Under the pieces are notes generated by a model. That model ran no database searches. It was given only the letters and a program-made list of their open reading frames with translations, and was not told where the DNA came from. Source: Patescibacteria group bacterium (lineage in GTDB: Bacteria > Patescibacteriota > Patescibacteriia > 2-01-FULL-39-33). Taken from it: a DNA stretch of 32,000 nt. Of the stretch, positions 13,828 through 23,171 are shown in pieces. Positions within the stretch are counted from its first letter, which is position 1; every line of letters begins with the position of its first letter. The stretch lies in contig JBAZRV010000002.1 of assembly GCA_041662745.1 (NCBI GenBank), forward strand, positions 90,001 through 122,000. The letters run 5' to 3'. The translations under genes were made by a program, and so were the position numbers.

Positions 13828-15600
13828 ATGTTCAATAAGATCAAGGGTCTATTTAAAAAATTTGTTTTGGGCCATAAGGTTGTTGCCGGCATTGTTTTAG
13901 CTGTTGTAATTGCCGGCGGTTATTTTGGCTGGCAAGCGCTATTTGGCGGCAAACAACAGGTGAGTTATGTCACTGCCAAAGCCGTTAAAGACATAATCAT
14001 ATCAACCGTCTCCGGCAGCGGTACGGTAGCCGCTTCTAACGAAGTGGAACTTAAAACCAAGGCCTCCAGCGACGTGACGGCGGTTAAGGTCAAGAAGGGC
14101 GATACAGTTAAGGCCGGCGAAGTTTTGGTTCAACTCAACGCCAAGGACGCGGCTAAATCAGTTCGCGACGCTCAAGTCAATTTGGATTCCGCCAAGTTGT
14201 CATTGGAAAAATTGCAACAGCCGACCAGTGAATTATCCTTAATCCAAGCGCGAAACTCTCTGATCCAATCCCAACAGAGCAAGGAAAATTCCGAGTATGC
14301 CCTAATTAAAGCTTACGAGGATGCTTTTAACGATATTTCCAACGCTTTTTTGGATTTGCCGACTATCATGACCGATCTGAATGATATCTTATACAGTGAT
14401 GAAATAGGCAAGGCGGAGAAAACCGTCGGCAGTAATCAGACTAATCTTCCCGCCTTGCTTTATTCCTTGGCGGGCGAAGATCAGGACGGTTTTCAGGTTT
14501 ACGAATTATCGGCGGAAAGCGATTATAAGGTCGCTTATGCCAAGTATCAGGCTAACTTCAGCAGTTTTAAGGCTACCAATCGTTACGCCGACAATCAAAC
14601 CATAGAAACGTTATTGGCTGAAACCATAGAAAACATCAAGGCTGTGGCGCAAGCGGCCAAGAGTGAAAATAATATGCTTGATGTTTGGGTGGAGGACAGA
14701 TCGCAAAATAATTGGTCTATTTTTAATACGGTTGACGGCTATCAGAATGATTTGAGTTCTGATATCGGCAAGGTCAATAATCATGTGACTACTTTGTTGG
14801 CCATACAGCAGACTTTAAAAACCGATAAAGATGCGATCGCTAATGCCGACAGGACGATTGCCGAGAAAACCGCCAGCTTGGCCGATTTGGAAGCCGGAGT
14901 TGATGAGTTGGATCTCAGAGCGCAACAGATGAGCGTTCAGCAACGGCAGAATTCTTTGGCCGATGCCCTGGAGCAATATGCCAATTATTCGGTAGTTGCT
15001 CCTTTTGACGGCGTAGTGGCTAATGTGGCCGTCACCAAAGGGGATACTGTTTCTTCCGGCGCCAGTGCCGTCACTTTGATCACCGACCAGAAAATCGCCA
15101 ATATTTCTCTTAATGAAGTTGATGTGTCTAAGGTCAAAACCGGCCAGAAAGTCAGTGTTACTTTTGACGCCATCAGCGATTTAACCGTCACTGGCTCGGT
15201 GGCTGACGTAGATATGATTGGCACGGTTACCCAGGGCGTAGCCAGCTATGACGTCAAAATAGTTTTTGATTCGCAGAATGATCAGATCAAGTCAGGCATG
15301 ACGGCCAATGTTAGTATTGTGATTGACTCTAAAGTTGAGGCGTTGCAGGTTCCCAGCTCCGCCATTAAGACGCAAAACAGCGTTACTTATGTCCAGATCA
15401 TGGTCAATGGCCAGCCCCAGCAGAGAGAAGTTACGATCGGTTTGGCGAGCGATACCATGACGGAAATATTAAGCGGCATAAACGAGGGTGATGAGGTGGT
15501 AACACAAACCGTTACTGCGAATAAATCCAGTACCAAGACAACTAGTGGCAACAGTAACTCCAACAGTCGTCCTCAGAGCGGAATGCTGATGGGATTATAA
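13828..15600 (+). CDS. HlyD/MacA-family membrane fusion (periplasmic adaptor) protein
   Basis: 590 aa. N-terminal TM, lipoyl-like motif (VKVKKGDTVKAGEVLVQL), long coiled-coil insert, beta-barrel region (APFDGVVANVAVTKGDTV...VKTGQKV). Confidence 0.85.
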   Translation: MFNKIKGLFKKFVLGHKVVAGIVLAVVIAGGYFGWQALFGGKQQVSYVTAKAVKDIIISTVSGSGTVAASNEVELKTKASSDVTAVKVKKGDTVKAGEVLVQLNAKDAAKSVRDAQVNLDSAKLSLEKLQQPTSELSLIQARNSLIQSQQSKENSEYALIKAYEDAFNDISNAFLDLPTIMTDLNDILYSDEIGKAEKTVGSNQTNLPALLYSLAGEDQDGFQVYELSAESDYKVAYAKYQANFSSFKATNRYADNQTIETLLAETIENIKAVAQAAKSENNMLDVWVEDRSQNNWSIFNTVDGYQNDLSSDIGKVNNHVTTLLAIQQTLKTDKDAIANADRTIAEKTASLADLEAGVDELDLRAQQMSVQQRQNSLADALEQYANYSVVAPFDGVVANVAVTKGDTVSSGASAVTLITDQKIANISLNEVDVSKVKTGQKVSVTFDAISDLTVTGSVADVDMIGTVTQGVASYDVKIVFDSQNDQIKSGMTANVSIVIDSKVEALQVPSSAIKTQNSVTYVQIMVNGQPQQREVTIGLASDTMTEILSGINEGDEVVTQTVTANKSSTKTTSGNSNSNSRPQSGMLMGL

Positions 15601-15608
15601 TCAATTTT

Positions 15609-16295
15609 ATGCTGAGATGCGAAAATATAAATAAGATTTATCAGATGGGCGAGGATAATGAATTGGCGGTCCTGTCTGATATAAATTTCAAAATAGACAG
15701 GGGAGAATTCGTTGCTATTATCGGTCCTTCCGGTTCCGGCAAAACCACTTTGATGAATATTTTGGGCGCCCTGGATCATCCCAGTACCGGCAAGTATTAT
15801 CTTGATAATCAGGACGTGTTCAGTCTGTCTGACGAAGAGATAGCCTTGATCCGTTGCAAGAAAATCGGTTTTGTTTTCCAATCATTCAATTTATTATCGC
15901 GTTCTACGGTGTTGCGCAATGTCATGGTGCCTTTGATTTATGCCAAAGTGCCGAAAGAACAGCGTTTGGCTTTGGCAGAACAGGCGCTGAAAGCCGTGGG
16001 CTTGGAAGAAAACCGCTGGCGTCATTTATCCAATCAGCTATCCGGCGGGCAGATGCAACGCGTGGCCATCGCCCGGGCGCTGATTAATAATCCGGATATT
16101 ATTTTAGCCGACGAACCGACGGGCAATCTTGATTCCAAGACGGGAGAAATTACTTTGGAAACTTTTAAGCGCTTGAACCGCGAATACGGCCACACGATAA
16201 TCCTTATTACTCATGATCATAATGTGGCCAGCCACGCCGACCGGATAATTGAGATCAAAGACGGCCGGATTACCAGCGACAAAAAAATAAGATAA
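15609..16295 (+). CDS. ABC transporter ATP-binding protein (MacB/LolD-type)
   Basis: 228 aa. Walker [10 protein letters not shown], signature [15 protein letters not shown], Walker [12 protein letters not shown]. Confidence 0.95.
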   Translation: MLRCENINKIYQMGEDNELAVLSDINFKIDRGEFVAIIGPSGSGKTTLMNILGALDHPSTGKYYLDNQDVFSLSDEEIALIRCKKIGFVFQSFNLLSRSTVLRNVMVPLIYAKVPKEQRLALAEQALKAVGLEENRWRHLSNQLSGGQMQRVAIARALINNPDIILADEPTGNLDSKTGEITLETFKRLNREYGHTIILITHDHNVASHADRIIEIKDGRITSDKKIR

Positions 16296-16298
16296 CTT

Positions 16299-17522
16299 AT
16301 GCTGTTTTACGATTTATCACAAGAAACATACTTTTCTTTATTGTCAAACAAGTCTCGGTCCGTTTTGACGATTTTAGGCATTGTCATCGGTATTGCCTCG
16401 GTGATTGCCATGGTTTCTGTCGGTCAAGGGGCAACTTCCAGCATCACCAACAGGATTGAGTCATTAGGCACCAACTTATTGGTAATTTCCCCGACTTCGC
16501 AACGTCGTGCCGGAGAATTGGTGCGCGGCGGCATGGGTGAGGCCACAACCCTAATCCTGGAAGATGCTGAGGCGATTTATGCTTCTATTGATGGGATCAC
16601 TTCGGTAGCCCCGGCAGTTACTTCCCGTAAACAAGTTACGGCTAAAGGCACTAACACTAATACCAGTATTTACGGCATTGACGAAAATTACTTTGCCATT
16701 AAAAGCGTGGCTACTGATTTGGGGGCGTTATTCGGCGCTCAGCAAGTTAATTCCAACGCTCGCGTGGCCGTGATCGGACCCGCTACCAGAGACAGCTTAT
16801 TCGGTGAAGGCGCCGATTCAATCGGACAGAAAATTCGCATCAGCGGTCAGGAGTTTACTGTTATCGGCATTGCTCAATCCAAGGGCGGCACTACGATGGG
16901 CAGTTCCGATGACTTGATTTATATTCCCATCGGCGTGGCTCAGCAGTATTTCACCGGCAACAAGGCCGTCAGCAATATCAGTGTTCAGGTAGCTTCGGCT
17001 GATTTAATGGATTCGGTCCAGCAACAAATTTCTGATCTGCTCATGGCTCGTCATGGCATTGGCGATGTCAATAATCTTGACTTCAGCATCATGAATCAGG
17101 CGGACATGTTAAGCACTATGTCTTCGGTCTCTTCCACTTTGACTTGGCTTTTAGGCGCTATTGCCGGCATCTCGCTGGTGGTTGGTGGCATCGGCATTAT
17201 GAATATGATGTTGACCACCGTAACCGAGCGCACCAGGGAAATCGGCCTCAGGAAATCCTTGGGCGCCACGAATTCCGATATCAGCAGTCAGTTTTTAGCC
17301 GAATCCGTGGCCTTGACTTTTATCGGCGGGTTTTTCGGCATTATTATCGGTTGGCTGGCGTCTTATATTATCAGCGCTTTAGCCAGTATGGCAACGAGCG
17401 TTACCGGGACCTCGGTCTTGTTAGCTTTCGGCATTTCCGCTTTAATCGGTATCGTGTTCGGTTATTATCCGGCGCGACGCGCGGCCAAGCTTAATCCGAT
17501 TGACGCGTTGAGATATCAGTAA
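16299..17522 (+). CDS. ABC transporter permease, MacB/FtsX family
   Basis: 407 aa. N-terminal TM, large extracytoplasmic domain, three C-terminal TMs including ERTREIGLRKSLGA and a YYPARRAAKLNPIDALRY tail. Confidence 0.9.
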   Translation: MLFYDLSQETYFSLLSNKSRSVLTILGIVIGIASVIAMVSVGQGATSSITNRIESLGTNLLVISPTSQRRAGELVRGGMGEATTLILEDAEAIYASIDGITSVAPAVTSRKQVTAKGTNTNTSIYGIDENYFAIKSVATDLGALFGAQQVNSNARVAVIGPATRDSLFGEGADSIGQKIRISGQEFTVIGIAQSKGGTTMGSSDDLIYIPIGVAQQYFTGNKAVSNISVQVASADLMDSVQQQISDLLMARHGIGDVNNLDFSIMNQADMLSTMSSVSSTLTWLLGAIAGISLVVGGIGIMNMMLTTVTERTREIGLRKSLGATNSDISSQFLAESVALTFIGGFFGIIIGWLASYIISALASMATSVTGTSVLLAFGISALIGIVFGYYPARRAAKLNPIDALRYQ

Positions 17523-17526
17523 AAAA

Positions 17527-17575
17527 AATTACGAATTAATAATTACGAATTACTAATTTTATTATTATATTCGTA
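17527..17575. repeat. tandem 14-bp direct repeat (aattacgaatta[at/ct]) plus an inverted copy of the TACGAAT core
   Basis: 17527-17540 and 17541-17554 match at 13 of 14 positions. attcgta at 17569-17575 is the reverse complement of the core. Lies in the AT-rich gap upstream of 17656. Confidence 0.6.
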
Positions 17576-17655
17576 TCCCAAAATTGTATGCTGGATTACT
17601 GCTTTCACAGGAATAACAAATAATAAATATAATAAATTAATAAAATAAAAAACCT

Positions 17656-18132
17656 ATGAAACAAAAGCTACCTCTTCCTTTGATGATTTTGGTCACCGTA
17701 GTTGTGATCGTACTTGTCGGCGCCGCTTCTTTTTATGTCGGTACCAAGTATTCTTCAGCTAAGAGATTTGGCGCGTTTGGCAATGGCAATTTTGGCCAAG
17801 GGCAACAGTCGGGCGATGCCGCCATGGCCGGCCGCAGAGTCAATGCCCTCGGCGGGGGAATGATAAATGGTGATGTTTTGTCTTTGGATGAAAAGAGTCT
17901 CACAGTCAAGGGGCGTGATGGCAGTTCCAAGATGGTTTTTTTCGCCACTTCAACGGAAGTGGGTAGGTTTGCCGCCGGTACCGTCAGTGATTTGGCTGTC
18001 GGGCAGAATATTGTAGTGACCGGCAAGACCAACAGCGATGGCAGTGTTGTCGCTCAGTCAATTCAGATTCGTCCGGCTGCGGCTAACCCGGATCCTGGTA
18101 CGCCTAATGCTCCCGCCAATCCAGTTAAATAA
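17656..18132 (+). CDS. N-terminally anchored small extracytoplasmic protein (architecture paralogue of 13280..13774)
   Basis: 158 aa. TM LPLMILVTVVVIVLVGAASFYV, Gly-rich spacer, then GDVLSLDEKSLTVKGRDGSSKMVFFATSTEV...VSDLAVGQNIVVTGKTNSDGSVVAQSIQIRP. Confidence 0.6.
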   Translation: MKQKLPLPLMILVTVVVIVLVGAASFYVGTKYSSAKRFGAFGNGNFGQGQQSGDAAMAGRRVNALGGGMINGDVLSLDEKSLTVKGRDGSSKMVFFATSTEVGRFAAGTVSDLAVGQNIVVTGKTNSDGSVVAQSIQIRPAAANPDPGTPNAPANPVK

Positions 18133-18156
18133 TAATAAAATAATTTTGACCGCTAA

Positions 18157-18190
18157 AAAATATCCTCCTTGCGGGGGATATTTTATTTTT
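18157..18190 (+). terminator. rho-independent terminator
   Basis: Stem tatcctcc/gggggata (one G-U), loop ttgc, followed by ttttattttt. Confidence 0.75.
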
Positions 18191-18402
18191 ATGTACACGA
18201 TAATTAAGATAGTTCGAACGAATTTTAGGCCACCTGTGGCGGCCAAGGACAGCCCTCCCAAATAATTAATTTTATTTGAAGCGGGCAAAGCCCGCGATCT
18301 TTGACAATTTTCACTTTTTCTTTGGCGGAAAATTCTTTAATATTAAGGATTGGTTTGGAGTTGTTTCTATATTAAACACAATTTAATTTAACAATATCCA
18401 AG

Positions 18403-19176
18403 CTACAATCCTGACTTGCTTATAATTAAATCCACAAAAGAAGAGATTTTATTACTTAACGCCATGTCATCATTTGTATATTTATCTAAATTTTCATCCG
18501 CAAATATGTAATCTGTTTCATTAAAGTGATTATTAATTCCAACTCTAAGAGGTTTATAAAAATTATGAAAAGATTCTTGAAATCTAAATCTTTCGCTTCC
18601 CTTAGTGCCGACACCCATTAGTCTTCCAGAAAATGGATTATTCTTTTTGAGATTTGAAAGATTGTTCTTAATACTTTTATCGATTTCTATTTGACTAAAA
18701 TGGTAAGATATTTTATTTAGTGGAAAAGCAGAAGATAAACAGTTTCTATTTGAAAAGATTTCTATGCCATTTTCTATGAAGTTATAATCACAAACATATT
18801 CTTCATCTGGAAATGTCTGTCTTTCTTTGTATAATTCTAAATTAGTTGCTGAATTAGAAATATCTTTTTTTAGGATAAGAGATTTAGAAGTAATATCATA
18901 TACGTATATAAGCGTTTTAAATTTTTCTATTTTTCTTTCTCGGCAATCATTTTCAAACAAGAATAGACTAGATTTAACACATATTGGCTTTCTATAATAT
19001 TTATAATCCACAACATACCTAACAAAAGATATGCTTCCTGAATCTATGTTAGTTTTAAACCCACCTACAACATCCACTCTGTTTAACGGAGCTAGTATCT
19101 CAGTAATATTATTGCCAAATAATAAAAAAATAGCCGCTATAGCTATAAGGACTATAATAAAGTAACGTTTTTTCAT
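18403..19176 (-). CDS. orphan hypothetical protein with N-terminal TM/signal, encoded in a strongly AT-rich segment
   Basis: 257 aa. MKKRYFIIVLIAIAAIFLLF anchor. No motif I recognise. About 25% G+C on hand-counted lines, against about 45-50% in neighbouring genes. Confidence 0.6.
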   Translation of the reverse strand: MKKRYFIIVLIAIAAIFLLFGNNITEILAPLNRVDVVGGFKTNIDSGSISFVRYVVDYKYYRKPICVKSSLFLFENDCRERKIEKFKTLIYVYDITSKSLILKKDISNSATNLELYKERQTFPDEEYVCDYNFIENGIEIFSNRNCLSSAFPLNKISYHFSQIEIDKSIKNNLSNLKKNNPFSGRLMGVGTKGSERFRFQESFHNFYKPLRVGINNHFNETDYIFADENLDKYTNDDMALSNKISSFVDLIISKSGL

Positions 19177-19345
19177 AAATTTAGTATTAATAAATAACTT
19201 GTATTTAAAAATGATAAAAATTTTCTTTTACCCTGAATGCGAATTCAGACAAAACCGCCAATTGATTTTTGATTATAAAATTCCGTATGATTTGGTCGCC
19301 GCAAGCGGCGGCCAGACCGAGGGAAATTTGACTTTTATTCGAATG

Positions 19346-19417
19346 TACCGCCACGGGGAATCGAACCCCGATTACAGCCTTGAGAAGGCCGCGTCCTAAC
19401 CATTAGACGATGGCGGC
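19346..19417 (-). tRNA. tRNA-Glu (anticodon CUC), no encoded CCA
   Basis: Minus-strand read GCCGCCA TC GTCT AATGGTTA GGAC G CGGCC TTCTCAA GGCTG TAAT CGGGG TTCGATT CCCCG TGGCGGT A folds as a 72-nt cloverleaf. G1-U72 is a wobble pair. The D-arm TCGTCTAATGG..AGGAC is typical of tRNA-Glu. Confidence 0.85.
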
Positions 19418-19446
19418 AAAGTGTTATTTTTGTGAATTACTGAATT

Positions 19447-19475
19447 ATTATATCACAAATATCTTAAATAATCAA
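19447..19475 (-). promoter_or_regulatory. candidate sigma70-type promoter for the tRNA
   Basis: On the minus strand: TTGATT (plus 19475-19470), 17-nt spacer, TGaTATAAT (plus 19455-19447), about 30 nt upstream of the tRNA 5' end. Confidence 0.5.
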
Positions 19476-19582
19476 GTCGGCAGATGATTATTACCGGATT
19501 GGCCGATCATATCTCTTGCTTGTTTTCGCCTTGATTTTGATGTAAAATTAACTTAATTAATCCAAACATTTTAATTAATCTT

Positions 19583-21898
19583 ATGAATCTAAAGCAATTT
19601 TTGGCGCCGGCATTAAAAGTTGTAATCTGGGCCTGTTTGGCGGTGGTGCTGTTTTCCGCTTTATACGTCAGTTCCGCTCTGTTTTTCCCCTTTATCACCT
19701 CCAAGACTTTTGCTTTTCAAATTGCCGTAGAGGTAATGTTTTTGGCCTTTTTGTTGCTTTGTTTGGTTGATGACAAATACCATATCCGGCTTAATGTCAC
19801 CGTGCTTTTGCTCCTGCTTTATCTGATAATCTTAACTATCGCCTCGGCTTTTTCCGGCAACGACCTTTATCATTCTTTCTGGTCCAACAACGAGCGTTGC
19901 GACGGCATTCTATTGTTAATTCATTTATTTTTATTTTGCGCCGTCTTGTCGGGTTTTTTCCGCTCTGTCAAAGAATGGCTGTATCTTTTTGACCTGTTCT
20001 TGTTAGCTTCCTTTGCCGTCGCTTTGGTGGCGTTGGATCAATATTTGGCTTTGACCTTCGTCGGCTCTTGGAAGGATCACTTTTTACCCTCGTCAAACGG
20101 CGCGCGTTTGGCCGGAACCATCGGCAATTCCGGTTATGTCGGCGGTTATATGGTGTTTGGGATTTTTATCGCTTTATTCATGGCCTTGAAACGATCGCAG
20201 TGGTGGGCCAAGAGTTTGTATGTCTTAGCGATTATTTTGGAATTGTTCATCGCTGTCCAAACCTTCACTCGCGGCGCTTACCTGGCTTTGGGGCTGGGCG
20301 GATTCATCACCTTGGTTTATCTGGGTTATTTCTATTACAATAAATTGCGGTTGAAGATCGCAACCACGGGTTTAGTCTTAATCGTTTCATTATTTATCGT
20401 TGTCATCTTCGGTTGCGGCAGCGGCAAGATTTTAACCCCGGGTTTTGGGTTTTCTTGGGAGCAAGGATTCCATAAAACCGCCGTCTGCAATAATTTCGCT
20501 TATGCCAATCCGGTTTTAAAAAGAATCAATTCCATTTCCTTGACCGACGTTACCAGCAATAATCGCATCGTGGCTTGGACTATCGGTTTGAAGGGTATCG
20601 CCGCCAGGCCGATCCTGGGTTACGGCCAAGAGAATTTTTATCAAGTTTTTGACAAATATTATACGACTAAAAGTTCCGAACAGTGGTTTGATCGTTGCCA
20701 TAATATGTTTTGCGATCGCGCCGTAACCGGCGGAATTCCGGGTTTGCTGTCCTATCTGGCCGTTCTGTTATTACCCTTCTTCTTTTTGTGGAAATATTAT
20801 TTTAAGGAATACGGCAATAACAAAGAACAGGGGGATGCGGACAGGGATTACAAGAAGTATTTGACGCCGGTTATTTTCAGTATCTTGATTATCGCTTATC
20901 TGATCCAGAATTTTTTCATTTTTGAGGCCTTGGCGATTTACATCCCGCTGATAATCGTGTTGAGTTTCGTCGGCCAGTACAGCCGAAGTTGGAATTTTGA
21001 TTTTTTAGAAAATCATAATTTTAAAGTGGCTCTGGCCGTAATCGTCGGTATTTTGTTTCTGCCGGCGCTTTGGTTTTTCAGCTTGAAACCGTTTTACGCC
21101 AATGCCGATTTTATCAAAGCCCTGACCAGGCCTTGGCCGACCCTGCAAGATAAGATTGATTCCTTTGAAGAAGTTATCGGTCGCGGCACTTTGGGCAACC
21201 AAGAGTATCGCAAGCATTACTTTGATTTTTATGGCAACGAACTGATGAGTTATTTGTCCCAGGCAGCCAACCGCACATCGGACAAAGACCGGCAAATGGC
21301 CAATTGGTCCGATTTGATGGAAAACCAATTCTTAAATCAGTTGAAAGAAAATCCCCATAGCGTTACCAATTGGCTGTTGCTTGAAAGATTTTATAATATT
21401 TCTTATGTTTTCAATGTCAATCGCCTGCAGAAGGCTATCGGCATTGCCGATCAGATGATCGCTCTAAGTCCGGGCAGACCTCAGATATATTACGAAGCCG
21501 GCTCCGCTAATTATTATCTGGGCTGTTTCCTGCTGACTGAAAAAAATAACCCCGTGGAAGCCAAAAAGCAATATCAGCAAGCTTTGACCAGATTTTGGCA
21601 GGGCGCCAAGATCAATAATCAGGTCGGCAACGGCTTTGATCAATTCAGTGATTTTGTCTTATCCATTAAAAATAACGCCCAGATTGCCGATACGTTCGCT
21701 CAAGCCTTGGCTACGGGACCGCTAGACGATATAGCGCCCTTAGAATTAATCAAGCAATTGGCCGAATGGTCCAAGACGCCGGATGATCAGGCAATTATGG
21801 CGCAAAGGGAGGAGAAGCTTAAAACCATGGCCGTTTGGCTAATCGCTTCCCGAGCCGGCAATCCCGAATTAAAACAATACCTGGAAACAATCAAATAA
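19583..21898 (+). CDS. Wzy_C (O-antigen ligase-like) polytopic membrane protein with helical-repeat C-terminal domain (paralogue of 7029..9212)
   Basis: 771 aa. Many TMs. NRIVAWTIGLKGIAARPILGYGQENF...WFDRCHNMFCD aligns with the signature in 7029..9212. The C-terminal ~280 aa are soluble and helical. Confidence 0.75.
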   Translation: MNLKQFLAPALKVVIWACLAVVLFSALYVSSALFFPFITSKTFAFQIAVEVMFLAFLLLCLVDDKYHIRLNVTVLLLLLYLIILTIASAFSGNDLYHSFWSNNERCDGILLLIHLFLFCAVLSGFFRSVKEWLYLFDLFLLASFAVALVALDQYLALTFVGSWKDHFLPSSNGARLAGTIGNSGYVGGYMVFGIFIALFMALKRSQWWAKSLYVLAIILELFIAVQTFTRGAYLALGLGGFITLVYLGYFYYNKLRLKIATTGLVLIVSLFIVVIFGCGSGKILTPGFGFSWEQGFHKTAVCNNFAYANPVLKRINSISLTDVTSNNRIVAWTIGLKGIAARPILGYGQENFYQVFDKYYTTKSSEQWFDRCHNMFCDRAVTGGIPGLLSYLAVLLLPFFFLWKYYFKEYGNNKEQGDADRDYKKYLTPVIFSILIIAYLIQNFFIFEALAIYIPLIIVLSFVGQYSRSWNFDFLENHNFKVALAVIVGILFLPALWFFSLKPFYANADFIKALTRPWPTLQDKIDSFEEVIGRGTLGNQEYRKHYFDFYGNELMSYLSQAANRTSDKDRQMANWSDLMENQFLNQLKENPHSVTNWLLLERFYNISYVFNVNRLQKAIGIADQMIALSPGRPQIYYEAGSANYYLGCFLLTEKNNPVEAKKQYQQALTRFWQGAKINNQVGNGFDQFSDFVLSIKNNAQIADTFAQALATGPLDDIAPLELIKQLAEWSKTPDDQAIMAQREEKLKTMAVWLIASRAGNPELKQYLETIK

Positions 21899-21903
21899 TA
21901 TAA

Positions 21904-21934
21904 AAATCCCCGATTTTATTCGGGGATTTTTTAG
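21904..21934. terminator. bidirectional rho-independent terminator between convergent genes
   Basis: aaatccccg / cggggattt with an 8-nt loop, A-run upstream and T-run downstream. Confidence 0.75.
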
Positions 21935-21947
21935 TCGGCCGGTTTTT

Positions 21948-23096
21948 TTATTTCCGATACGCTTCAATGGTTTTTTCTATCATTTCTCTTAGGTTGAATT
22001 CTTTTTTTACTTTGATCAGCCCCGCTTCGCCGAATTGCTTTCTTAATTTTTCATCGGCCAACAGCTTTATTTTTTCGGCTAGCCTTTCCGGCGATCGCGG
22101 TTCAATCAGATAACCGGTAACGCCATTGTCAATTATTTCGGGAATGCCGCCGACCTTAGCGGCTATGACGGGCAAGCCGGCCGACATGGCCTCCAGTATG
22201 AAGTAGGGCAGGCCTTCTTTGGTTGACGACATCACGGCCAAGTCAAAAGCTTTCAAGTATCTGGCGGCTTCTTTTTTGTTGCCGGCCAGAATAATGTTAG
22301 CTTCTAATTTTAATCGTTTGATCTGTTGTTCTAATTCCTTCCTTAATTCTCCTTCGCCGATGATTATCAGCTTGTAATCGGCAACCGGCAGGAGACTGAC
22401 AGCGTCAATTAAATAATTCAATCCTTTAGCCGGGTAAAAGTTGGCAATAGTTCCGATTATCAGCTTATCATTATTTTTAGTAACAGTCGCCGAGTCGTCG
22501 GTTTTTAATAATTCGCCCAAAGCCCCTTCTTTAGCCAAAAAATAATCAGCCGGCAGATCTATGCCGTTACGAACGATTATTAATTTTTCAGCCGGAGCGA
22601 TTTTTGCTTTAAGGCCGGCTTGCCGATCAAAATCAGACAGGCAAATGAAATAATCCTTAAAACCGGCAAATGATTTTTCTATCAAAAAATAAAACAGTTT
22701 AGTCAGGGGATTGAGGCTTTCATTAAAAACCCAGCCGTGTACCGTATAAACCACTTTAGCGCGATGGCGGGCTAATTTGGCGGCCAAGGATCCCACCGCT
22801 CCGGCTTTACTGCTGTTTAGATGGACAACATCGGGCCGTTCTTGTTCAATCAGTGTTTTTATCTCTTTGACTGCCAACAAATCATTAATCAAACTGATCC
22901 TTCTCACCAATCTCTTAAGGGGAAGGAATTTTATATTTTCTTCTTGCAATCTTGCTGTTAATTCCCCGACAGACTCTTCCCCGCCGGCCACCGTAACGGC
23001 TATGTTATTATTTTTGGCTAAATTTACAGCAAAAGTATGGACATATTTTTGCGCTCCGCCCCAGGATGATTGAGTGATGATAAATAACGCTTTCAT
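21948..23096 (-). CDS. GT4-family glycosyltransferase
   Basis: 382 aa. N-terminal SWGGAQKYV motif. C-terminal EGLPYFILEAMSAGLPVIAAKVGGIPE (EX7E-type). Confidence 0.9.
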   Translation of the reverse strand: MKALFIITQSSWGGAQKYVHTFAVNLAKNNNIAVTVAGGEESVGELTARLQEENIKFLPLKRLVRRISLINDLLAVKEIKTLIEQERPDVVHLNSSKAGAVGSLAAKLARHRAKVVYTVHGWVFNESLNPLTKLFYFLIEKSFAGFKDYFICLSDFDRQAGLKAKIAPAEKLIIVRNGIDLPADYFLAKEGALGELLKTDDSATVTKNNDKLIIGTIANFYPAKGLNYLIDAVSLLPVADYKLIIIGEGELRKELEQQIKRLKLEANIILAGNKKEAARYLKAFDLAVMSSTKEGLPYFILEAMSAGLPVIAAKVGGIPEIIDNGVTGYLIEPRSPERLAEKIKLLADEKLRKQFGEAGLIKVKKEFNLREMIEKTIEAYRK

Positions 23097-23107
23097 AAGT
23101 TGTCGTC

Positions 23108-23164
23108 TTGATTTTTTTAGCTTATTTCTGATATAATATTAAGGTATTAATTGATAATTTACAA
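23108..23164. promoter_or_regulatory. interdigitated divergent promoter pair, copy A
   Basis: Plus strand: TTGATT (23108-23113), N18, TGaTATAAT (23129-23137). Minus strand: TTGTAA (23164-23159), N17, TAATAT (23141-23136). The two -10 elements overlap. Confidence 0.45.
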
Positions 23165-23171
23165 GACCGCC

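Noticed and set aside
18212-18242. GTTCGA...GTGGCGG, resembling the T-arm/acceptor 3' end of the tRNA-Glu, as a possible att repeat bounding the AT-rich island
   Set aside because: It is in the opposite orientation to the tRNA gene, and the intervening bases do not match. It is not a direct repeat.
18038-18288. Two overlapping ORFs of 75-76 aa on opposite strands across the terminator region
   Set aside because: They span a rho-independent terminator and intergenic hairpins. They are mirror-image artefacts.
19199-19399. 66-aa plus-strand ORF
   Set aside because: Its 3' third overlaps the well-folding tRNA-Glu on the opposite strand, and the remainder is AT-rich intergenic sequence.
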